This document shows positions 1 through 8,688 of a DNA stretch of 64,000 nucleotides, in pieces. Source of the DNA: an uncultured Acidobacteriota bacterium (GTDB taxonomy: Bacteria > Acidobacteriota > Vicinamibacteria > Vicinamibacterales > UBA2999); the NCBI GenBank assembly GCA_963734095.1, contig CAVTGK010000055.1, forward strand, positions 96,900 through 160,899, read 5' to 3'. The notes under the pieces were generated by a model. That model searched no databases, was not told the origin of the DNA, and saw only the letters and a list, made by a program, of their open reading frames with translations. The position numbers were made by a program, and so were the translations under genes. Positions within the stretch are counted from its first letter, which is position 1. Every line of letters starts with the position of its first letter.

Positions 1-5
1 GGCTC

Positions 6-890
6 GTGGATTTCGTGATCAGCACGGGCGCCAACCTCTACCACGACTTGCACTACGCGCTGAACTTCACCTTGCACCGCGGGTCGCCGTTTCTGGATGA
101 TCGCGTGCTGTACGAGCACGGCGTCATTCGCATCTATGACGTATTGTTTCCGGCGAAGGTGCTGCTCGACACCGACGCGTTCATCCGTGATTTTCTGATT
201 GCGACCGATCTCGATGGTCCGGTGTCGACCGCCGAGCTGCACTACGCGCTGGGCGAGCACTTGAGAACGGCACGGCCAGGGTGCGAGGAATACTCGGTCG
301 TCGCCAGCGCGGCGAAGTACGGCGTGCCAATCTACACCTCGTCGCCGGGGGACAGCTCGATCGGTATGAACGTCGCCTTTCACGAGCTGATGCATGGCGG
401 CCGGTTGATGGTGGACCCCAACCAGGACGTCAACGAGATCTGCGCGATCATCCTGGCCGGCGAGAAGAACGGCTGCGTGATTCTCGGCGGCGGATCGCCC
501 AAGAACTTCTATTTGCAAGGGCAACCCACGCTGTGGGAGGTGTACGGCATTCCGAAGGGCGGCAACGACTACTTCATCCAGATCACCACCGATCAAGTCG
601 TCTGGGGTGGTCTCTCTGGTGCGACGCCGTCCGAGGCCGTGAGCTGGGGCAAGGTCAATCCCGGCGTCCTCCCCGATACCGTGGTGACCTACGCGGACTC
701 GACGATTGCGTTTCCCTTGTTCTGCGAGTACGCCTGCGGTCACAAGAACGGACGGAGGAAACGCAAGGGCCTGGTCCACAAGCGCAGCGCGCTGGTGGCC
801 GCGCTCAAATCCGAAGCGGTCAAAGCCCGCTCGACGGCTCCAGAGAAAACGAACCGTCGCAAGCGAAAGGCCGTGCTCACTCGGAGCTAG
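6..890 (+). CDS. Deoxyhypusine synthase family protein (5' part probably outside the window)
   Basis: ISTGANLYHD, GGGSPKN, GGLSGATPSEAVSWGK (catalytic Lys) and DSTIAFP motifs of the DHS family. Confidence 0.88.
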   Translation: MDFVISTGANLYHDLHYALNFTLHRGSPFLDDRVLYEHGVIRIYDVLFPAKVLLDTDAFIRDFLIATDLDGPVSTAELHYALGEHLRTARPGCEEYSVVASAAKYGVPIYTSSPGDSSIGMNVAFHELMHGGRLMVDPNQDVNEICAIILAGEKNGCVILGGGSPKNFYLQGQPTLWEVYGIPKGGNDYFIQITTDQVVWGGLSGATPSEAVSWGKVNPGVLPDTVVTYADSTIAFPLFCEYACGHKNGRRKRKGLVHKRSALVAALKSEAVKARSTAPEKTNRRKRKAVLTRS

Positions 891-908
891 GACACTAGTG
901 GGACGCGA

Positions 909-1352
909 GTGAAGGAGCCTATGGGAACGCTCTTCTCCGAGCTGGGTCCGCTGGCCGACGAAAGCACCGTTGGGCCACGTGTCTACGCCGATGCCAACGT
1001 GCCGGCGGGCCTGGTGACGTTCATGCGTCTGTCGCTTGGCTGGGATGTGTTTTTCGTGATGGAGCACGACGACCTTCGCCGCGCCCCCGACATCGAGCAC
1101 TACCGATTGGCACGGCGGCTGCGACGTACCCTGATAACGATGGATCGCGACTACCTCGACGATCGGGTGTTTCCGCCGCTCGAGACGTCCGGGGTGTTGG
1201 TGCTGTCGGCGCCCAATCAGCGAGGTCTCGAGCGTTTGCTGACGCGCGCCGACCGCGACATCTTTCGAGTCGGGGCGGGCGAGCTCGTCGCACTGCCGCT
1301 CGAGGGGACCAAGCTGCAGGTGTTCCCGGAATTCGGGGCGGGGCTCGCGTGA
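909..1352 (+). CDS. PIN-like domain protein (DUF5615-like)
   Basis: YADANVP...D.E...A....R.LITMDRDY pattern of small PIN-like proteins. Confidence 0.7.
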   Translation: MKEPMGTLFSELGPLADESTVGPRVYADANVPAGLVTFMRLSLGWDVFFVMEHDDLRRAPDIEHYRLARRLRRTLITMDRDYLDDRVFPPLETSGVLVLSAPNQRGLERLLTRADRDIFRVGAGELVALPLEGTKLQVFPEFGAGLA

Positions 1353-1398
1353 TGGCGGCCGGCGTCGAAGGCGCTCGTGCCGCGTTACTCCAGCGCCA

Positions 1399-2644
1399 AT
1401 GATCCTGCTCGCTGGCGCAGACCTCATTCTCCCCAATCAGGTCCTCTCCGGCGCCAGCCTCCTGCTGGACGACGATCGCATTGCGGCGATCGAGCCGAAA
1501 GTCATCGAGACGCCAACCGGCGCGACTCGGGTTGATCTCGCCGGGTCGCTGGTCGTGCCCGGCTTCGTCGACGTCCACGTGCACGGTGTCGAGGGATTCG
1601 ACGTGTTGGATGGCCCGCAGGCCATCGTCAGAAGTCGCGGCCAGGCTGCCGCGCTATGGCGTCACCGGCTTTCTGTCCGACGTCGATTGCCTGCGACCCT
1701 GCGACGCTTGCGGTGATGCTCGCGGGCGGTGAGCGCGTCGCAACGCGAGGCTCATGCAGGTCACGCTCGTGTATCTGCGGGCACATCTCGAAAGCAACTT
1801 CATCAATCCCGACTACAACGGCGCTCAGCCCCGCGAATGTTTGCGTCTCCCACCGTTTCAAGGTTCCAGGGTTCCAGGGTTCCAGGGTTCCAAGGTTCAC
1901 AATCACGATCAGGCCAACTTCACCGGCGCAGACATTCTTTCGGTCGTCGCCACACATCGCGAGCAAGTGGGGATCATCACGCTGGCACCGGAGCTCGATG
2001 GCGGAATCGACCTCGTGCGCCAGCTCGTGGCCGCTGGCCATCGCGTGTCGATTGGTCATTCCGGCGCCACCTACGAGACGGCGATGGCCGCCATCGACGC
2101 TGGGGTCTCGCACGCCACACATCTCTTCAACCGGATGACGCCGATGACGCAGCGCGCACCCGGCGTCCCGGGGGCTGTGCTTCGATCGGAGCAGGTGCGG
2201 GCGGAGATCATCTGCGATGGGTTTCATGTGCATCCCGCGCTGCTGACGGTCGCCTGCCGTGCGAAGGGCGCGGCGGGAATCATCGCGATCACGGACGGCA
2301 CGGCGGGCTCGGGTCTGCAGGGCGGGTCGAGGACCCGGCTCGGCGGTCGTTCCATCCTCGTGACAGACCGCAGCGCCGAGCTCGAGGACGGCACGCTTGC
2401 GGGCAGTATTCTCACCATGGATGGGGCATTCCGGTCGCTGGTCGGGCAGGCCGGCGTCAGTTTGGTGGACGCGGCGCGCATGTGCGCAACGACCCCTGCC
2501 GAGCAAGTGGGATTGACTGATGCCGGCCAGATTGCCGTCGGCAAGACCGCCGATCTCGTGGTGCTCGATTCGGCCCTGAGGGTTCGCCAGACCTATCTCC
2601 GCGGCCGGCTGTGGCGGAACACCCGGGAGGGGCCAAACGTCTAG
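1399..2644 (+). CDS. nagA: N-acetylglucosamine-6-phosphate deacetylase (frameshifted around 1630-1760)
   Basis: PGFVDVHVHG, HLESNFI, TLAPE, GHS, ATHLFNRM, DGFHVHP and LAGSILTMD motifs spread over ORFs 1399..1716, 1656.. and 1754..2644. Confidence 0.9.
1858..1897. repeat. 5 x 8-bp tandem repeat (CCAGGGTT) inside nagA
   Basis: TCAAGGTT CCAGGGTT CCAGGGTT CCAGGGTT CCAAGGTT read directly. Confidence 0.95.
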
Positions 2645-2741
2645 ATCTCCGTTGGATTCTGCCGTCATCCCGCCCCGCGGAGACCACCCCACCGCGCACA
2701 GTCCGCGCGGCGGGGACCCCGAGCTGGGGCAAGCCAATAGG

Positions 2742-2799
2742 GCCCTAGCGAAGCGGAGCCGCTCGTTTTGCGGCGATTTGAGGCGGAGCTTCGCTAGGG
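2742..2799. repeat. REP-like imperfect palindrome; its arm TTTGAGGCGGAGCTTCGCTA recurs at about 19974-19993
   Basis: CCCTAGCGAAGC...GCTTCGCTAGGG inverted arms and an identical 20-mer in the mntR upstream region. Confidence 0.7.
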
Positions 2800-2806
2800 G
2801 AGTGCC

Positions 2807-3732
2807 ATGAGCGTCCACGAATTCGCCCGGGTTGGTTCACGCGCGTTGCTCGTGGCGGCCGCTGTCGCGCTGACGGCCTGCGAGGTCAACCTGAACTCCG
2901 AGGGTATCGTCTCGCGCGAGACCAAGACCTTCAAGGTGTCGGGCGTGCCCAGACGTGCAGCTCGAGACGTTCGACGGGTCGATCGAAGTGCATTCGTGGG
3001 ATCGCAACGAGGTCGAGGTCGAGATCGAGAAGCGGGCGATGGAGCAGTCGATGGTCGACGAGATGGTCGATCTCCGCCGAACAGCAGGGCGATCGCATCA
3101 TTGTCAAGGTCACCCAGCCTCGGAATCGCGACTTCGACGGCATCCAGATTGGCGTCAACTTCAGCCCGACCGCTCGACTTCGTGTGGCCGTGCCGCGCAA
3201 CAGCCAGTTGGCCGCATCGAGCGGCGACGGGTCGATTACCGTCGAGGACGTCAATGGCAAGGTTGCGCTGACCACTAGCGACGGCAGCGTGCGGGCATCG
3301 CGGGTGACCGGCGAGCTGTCCGTGCGGTCCGGCGACGGATCGATTCGCCTCGACGCCGTCGAGGGCAAGCTCGATCTCGAGACTGAGGACGGCAGCATCG
3401 GCGTCGAAGCCAAGCCGACCGCTCTGCGGGCCCGGACGGCTGATGGCACCATTCGACTGCGAGTGGACGCCGACACCAAGATGACCGAGGACTGGGATGT
3501 TCAGACCGCCGATGGCTCGGTGACGCTGACCTTGCCGAGCGCATTTGACGGCGAGCTGGATGCCGAGACGCGCGATGGGTCGGTGCGCGCGAATCATCCG
3601 GCGGTCACGAACGAGAGCCGCGAAGGTGACGATCGAGAGGAGCGGCGTCGAACGCTCAAGGCGACGCTCGGTTCCGGCGGTCGCACGCTGCGCGTCCGAA
3701 CCGGCGACGGCACCATTCGTATCGAGGGCTGA
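2807..3732 (+). CDS. DUF4097 beta-strand-repeat lipoprotein (frameshifted)
   Basis: Lipobox LTAC and repeated (S/T)xDGS(I/V) units across ORFs 2807, 2955 and 3184. Confidence 0.8.
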
Positions 3733-3759
3733 TTCCTCCGGCGTCGTCGGCCTGCTTCG

Positions 3760-5068
3760 ATGACATCTCTTGCGATCGTATTACCCGTTCTGAAGTGTCC
3801 GACGTGTGCCACGTCGCATTGGCGGGTTGACTGAGACAACGGATCGGGCCGCGACCGTCACTTGCGTTGAATGTGCTCGCTCGCATCGGTTCGAGCGAGG
3901 CATTCTTTGGGTCAATGTGCTGGCTGAGCATGTCGACGCCGTTCGCGAGCGTCTCGCCGTGGCACCGACCGAGTTGGTGCCCGAGCTCGGAGGCTGGACG
4001 CAGCGGTATCAGGGCGTGGACGTGACCGATACCGCGCTCCTCAACGCGTACTTGTCCCTTCCGTACGGTGATGGGTCATCGCATTTCACCACCCCGGGTT
4101 ACTTCGCTAACGTGGGACGCTTCGCGAAGGAGTTCGACTTCATCGCCGGCCAGCTTCCGACACGTGGCTTGGGATTGGATATCGGCGCCGACGGGACCTG
4201 GTCTACCGCCAGGTTGGCGGCACGTGGCCTGACCTGTATAGCACTGGATATCACTGACCATCTGGTGCTCGGCGAGCTGTATCAGACGCAATACCCTGAA
4301 TACGCCCGGATGAACGTCGACATGCACGAGGACGTCTTCGTCGATAAGTCCTTTGACGTCGTCACGGCCTTCAATGCCTTGCATCATTCGAAACGGCTGA
4401 CCTCGATCGCTGAACGCATCGCGGCCGTTCTAAAGCCCGGCGGCACGCTTGGTTTCGTTGAGCCGTACGTTCAGAACGCCGCACAGGAGGACGCCTTTGG
4501 TGCCCCGCAGAGCGCAATCGGCATCAGCGAGAACATCCACACCATTCCGGAGTGGCATGATGCATTCGTCGCGGCTGGCCTGTCGCTGATTGCCTTCGCC
4601 ACGAGTGATGCGTTCAGTGCCATCTACCGGAAACTCGATAACGCTGAGATCGACAGGCGCGAGCCGCTGAGGATGGATGCCGACGGATGCTTCGTGCACT
4701 ATTATCAGGCGCTGCTCGACGCCGAACCGTCCGCCGTGTATGTGACGCCCGGTCAGGCGCAAGTCTTCCAAGTCAGGGTCACGAACAATAGCGCGGCGGC
4801 CTGGGCGACCCGTGGACCGCACCCAGTGGCCATCAGCTACCACGTCGAACGACTCGACGGCGACGGACCCCGGATGGTTGCGTTTGATAATCCTCGAACA
4901 TCGATTGATAGTTTCGTGGCGCCCAAGGACTCACAATTGTTCGAGGTACCCGTCCAGTTGCCGGAGCCCGGTGCCTATCGCATCGAGTTCGACCTTGTGC
5001 ACGAGTTGCGCTCGTGGTTCAAGGACAGAGGTGGCCGGACGGCGGTGGTGACATGCGAAGTGCGGTAG
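3760..5068 (+). CDS. Class I SAM methyltransferase with N-terminal Zn-ribbon and C-terminal Ig-like domain (frameshift near 3830)
   Basis: ATG at 3760 gives MTSLAIVLPVLKCPTC; the main frame has CVEC, LDIGADG, FDVV..FNALHH and LKPGG; C-terminal PGAYRIEFDLV. Confidence 0.75.
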
Positions 5069-5756
5069 CGCCACACAGCGCCATCACTCGATTGAGCGTC
5101 ACGCGCCGGTGCGAATCGCCGCAAACCGATCGAGAGCGTCGATGAGATCGGTCGGTTGATGACAAGACGTACGGCGTCTCCGGAGGAGCATCGTCGAACC
5201 GTGCGGCGCTGAAGCCATATCGTGCCCACGCAAACGCGCACCCCGCGGCGCGAGCCGTCGCCCAGTCGATGGGCGAGTCGCCGACCAGGATCACATCGCG
5301 GTCGTCATGCGCGAGCGCCCGTAGTCCCGCCGGGTCCGGCTTGCGGCCGTGTGGTCCGTCGCCGCCCACGACTGACTCGAAGTACACCGACAGGCCCAAC
5401 GCGTCGAGAATTTGCATCGACGGGGCCAGCGGTTTGTTCGTCAGGACCGCCATACGCGCCCGACGCGACGTCGTCCGCAGCACCTCTTCGATGCCTGGAT
5501 ACGCGACGGTGGTGTCCAGCAGCCGGCGGCGGTAGATCTCGAGAAACCGCTCGAGCACGTCCGACATCTTCGGCCGAAGGCCGGCGGCGTTCAGCGCCCG
5601 CTTCACGAGCAAGGCCGCGCCATCACCAACCATGCCGGCGACTTCGTCCTGCGAAAGCGGACGTCCGCCAAGGCTCGTCACCAGTTCGCTCACCGAGCGA
5701 GACAGGTCGGTCACCGAGTCGATCAGCGTGCCGTCGAGGTCGAAGATAACGAGCAT
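5019..5756 (-). CDS. gph: HAD phosphatase, phosphoglycolate phosphatase-like (3' end probably frameshifted)
   Basis: FDLDGTLIDS, LTNK, KPDP and GDS..D motifs. Confidence 0.8.
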   Translation of the reverse strand: MLVIFDLDGTLIDSVTDLSRSVSELVTSLGGRPLSQDEVAGMVGDGAALLVKRALNAAGLRPKMSDVLERFLEIYRRRLLDTTVAYPGIEEVLRTTSRRARMAVLTNKPLAPSMQILDALGLSVYFESVVGGDGPHGRKPDPAGLRALAHDDRDVILVGDSPIDWATARAAGCAFAWARYGFSAARFDDAPPETPYVLSSTDRSHRRSRSVCGDSHRRVTLNRVMALCGATALRMSPPPSGHLCP

Positions 5757-5767
5757 GTGAGGTTGAC

Positions 5768-6178
5768 TTACCTCGCCTCACCCTGATACGTCGCGAACGA
5801 CGTGGGCGTCTCCCACACCGTGACTTTAACCACGGGCAGCTTCTGCTCGCGAGCGTGATCGAAAATCAATCGCGCGATGCGCTCCACGGTCGGATTGCTG
5901 TCCACGATGAACACGGGCTCGTTCAACTGCTGGAGCGGCTTCACCAGCGGATCGTCGTGACGCAGGATCATCCGGTGGTCGAGCTCACGATCAATCCAAC
6001 CCTTGACGATTCGCTTGATGTCGCTGAAGTCGCACACCATGTTCCGGTTGTCGAGGGTTCCCGTGCGCACTTCGATTTCGGCCGTCGCGTTGTGGCCGTG
6101 CGGATGCTTGCAGATCCCGTCGTAATCGAGCAGGCGATGACCGTAACAGAAGTCGATTTTCTTCGTGACCGAATACAT
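5768..6178 (-). CDS. queD: 6-carboxytetrahydropterin synthase
   Basis: GHRL, CKHPHGHN, DF, LDH and PTVE motifs. Confidence 0.9.
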   Translation of the reverse strand: MYSVTKKIDFCYGHRLLDYDGICKHPHGHNATAEIEVRTGTLDNRNMVCDFSDIKRIVKGWIDRELDHRMILRHDDPLVKPLQQLNEPVFIVDSNPTVERIARLIFDHAREQKLPVVKVTVWETPTSFATYQGEAR

Positions 6179-6231
6179 GTGCCTCAGTGTATCCGCGGAT
6201 GTTCCGGGGATGTATTGTTATCGCCGGACCC

Positions 6232-6906
6232 GTGGATAATCTCGTGCTCCTCTCAGGTGGCCTCGACAGCGCGGTGCTGGTTGCCTTCGAGGCGCAGCAC
6301 AGCCGCGTACATCCCGTCTACGTGCGCGTTGGGCTGGCCTGGGAGGCCGCTGAACTGCGCATGGTGCACCACCTGTTGTCCTCGCCCGCATTTCGCGGAG
6401 ACATCGCAGATCTCGGGATCCTCGACTTCAACATGCGTGACGTCTACCCGTCCACTCACTGGGCGGTTCGAGGATCGCCGCCGGCATACGACACGCCGGA
6501 GGAAGACGTCTATCTCGCGGGCAGAAATCTCGTCCTCCTGACCAAGGCAGGTGTCGTCGCGGCGTCGCGCAAGATCAATCGCATCGCGCTCGGACCGCTC
6601 GCGGCCAATCCGTTCCCCGATGCCACGCCAGAATTCTTCAAGACGATGGCCAAAGCGCTCTCGCTTGGCCTGGACCATCCCGTCGATGTCGTCACGCCCC
6701 TGATTGACCTCCATAAAGACGACGTGATCCGACTGGGGGCGCGCCTGGGCGTGCCGTTCGAGTTGACGCTCTCGTGCATGAATCCGACCGACAGCGCGCT
6801 GCCACTCCACTGCGGGCAGTGCAGCAAGTGCCGTGAACGGCGAGACGCGTTTGTCGCTGCCGGCGTCGCTGACCCGACGGCCTATTCGCAGCCGAGCCCT
6901 CGGTGA
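6232..6906 (+). CDS. queC: 7-cyano-7-deazaguanine synthase
   Basis: LSGGLDS PP-loop, GRN, PFPD, TLSC...HCGQCSKC.ER Zn site; GTG start at 6232. Confidence 0.85.
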   Translation: MDNLVLLSGGLDSAVLVAFEAQHSRVHPVYVRVGLAWEAAELRMVHHLLSSPAFRGDIADLGILDFNMRDVYPSTHWAVRGSPPAYDTPEEDVYLAGRNLVLLTKAGVVAASRKINRIALGPLAANPFPDATPEFFKTMAKALSLGLDHPVDVVTPLIDLHKDDVIRLGARLGVPFELTLSCMNPTDSALPLHCGQCSKCRERRDAFVAAGVADPTAYSQPSPR

Positions 6907-7884
6907 AACGCTGGCCCCTGATTCTTGTGATCGCGAGTCTGCTCGGGGCCGCCGCCTTTCATCTGTTTGGCTCGCGACGTCGCCCTGAGTCCACTCACCC
7001 CATGAACGAGGCCGTCGCCCAGGACATTGCCGCCGCCGTTCGTGATGTTCCGAACGCTGGCCCCCGCCGATCGGTACGGACGGGTTGCAATGCTGTCGGC
7101 GGTGACGCCTGATGCCACCCGCGCGTTTACGGCTCTGAGTTGCGCTCGCGTGCACTACGCCGGCGGTACCGGTCTTTGCCTGGTCGAGGAACGGGAAGGC
7201 AACCAGGTGGTACAGGCGGCCTACGTCTTCGACAGCAGCTTTACGCGCGGCCAGCGCCTGCTCTTGTCCGGCATTCCCACCCGCGCGCGTGTTTCCCCGA
7301 ACGGTCGACGGGCGGCGATCACGGTGTACGGCGAGGAGCAGATGCCTGATGGCCAGGAGCGGCTCGCGACCGATTCGATCCTGATTGATCTGCCCGACGG
7401 CAACGTGCTCGCAAGGCTGCGAGAGTTCGTTGTGGATGGGCCCGGCAAGCCAGCTTCCGGTGTTGCGCTCGACTATTCCAGCGTCGCGTTCGCTCGAGAC
7501 CCCGATCGCTTTTACGCGACGCTGGGCACGACGAGCAACTGGTACATCGTCTCAGGATCGGTGGGCACACGTCGATTGACGATCGTTGCCGAAGGGCTGG
7601 CCAGCGAAGCGCTCTCTCCGGACGAGGCGCAGTTGGCCGTCAAGCAGCGCGTCGGGGAGCGTGGCTTCTGGCAGGCAATGGTGTTCGACATCGTATCGAA
7701 GTCCGCTCGGCCACTCAGCCACACGCGCAGCATCGACGACCAGATCGAGTGGCTCGATCGTGACCACGTCGCCTATCACGACGCGACGGAGCAGGGGACT
7801 GGAATCTGGACGCTCGCCATCGACGGCCGGTCGCCACCGCGCCTGCTGATCGCGGACGCCTATTCACCGGCGGTGCAGCACTGA
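6903..7884 (+). CDS. Secreted beta-propeller (TolB-like) protein (frameshift near 7020)
   Basis: Signal peptide in ORF 6903; RARVSPNG, LSPD, DDQIEW and AYSPA in ORF 7027..7884. Confidence 0.6.
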
Positions 7885-7973
7885 CGATGTCGTTGACCAG
7901 TTGCCGGTTCCAGTTACCAGTTGCCAGTTCAAAGCGTCGTCGGCACCGGCGACTCGGATCGCGCCTCGGCCCC

Positions 7974-8076
7974 GTGGCTTCCGCCTTAAGAGCCTGTGAA
8001 TTTATCCTCTCGTGGCTTCCGCCTTCAGGCGGAAGTTGGGCGCGGGCATGATCTTCCGGCTGACGCCGGAAGCCAC
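7974..8076. repeat. REP cluster GTGGCTTCCGCCTTCAGGCGGAAG with AGAGCCTGTGAATT module
   Basis: Palindromic core in both orientations; near-identical copy at 27048-27146 and core alone at 45154-45173. Confidence 0.85.
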
Positions 8077-8118
8077 GGCAGAAACTGCCGTCTGCAGTAA
8101 GATCAAAATCGAGGAATT

Positions 8119-8575
8119 CATGAGATTCGTAGCCGTTGCTTTTTCGGCGTGTTTGCTCGCCACAGTCACCATCGTCGCGCAATCATCAACGCCAACCCTC
8201 GAGGTTTTCAAGTCGCCGACCTGTGGCTGCTGCTCGAAATGGGTCGATCACGCCCGTGAACACGGCTTTACGGCGAAAGTCACGGACATGCCGGACGCGG
8301 CGCTCGACGAGCTCAAGACCAAGCACGGCATTCCACGCACCGCGCAGTCGTGCCACACCGTCCTCGTCGGCGGCTACGTCGTTGAAGGTCACGTGCCTGC
8401 CCCCGAGGTGAAGCGGCTGTTGAAAGAGCGTCCCGCCATCAAGGGCCTTGCCGTCGCCGGAATGCCGCTGGGCTCGCCCGGAATGGAAGTGGCCGGTCAG
8501 AAGCCACAGACCTACAACGTCATCTCGTTCGACAAGGCGGGCGAGGTCAAGGTTTTCGCGACCTACAATCGTTAG
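8119..8575 (+). CDS. DUF411 metal-binding periplasmic protein
   Basis: SPTCGCC..W, SCHT, EGHVP and GMP.GSPGME motifs; signal peptide; GAGG RBS. Confidence 0.9.
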
Positions 8576-8688
8576 ACGTCGCTCGATTGTCTGATTTCGA
8601 CCTTGGCCTGCCTAACCGGCCGAATCCTGAAGAAGCTGGCCGGTCGTGTCCTGATGAGGTTAGAATTCCAAGCTCAACAAGACTGATT

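Noticed and set aside
6232-6906. QueC as part of an anti-phage system (Qat, Dpd or CBASS type IV)
   Set aside because: Normal-length QueC beside queD, with no TatD, ATPase, DpdA or cyclase neighbours.
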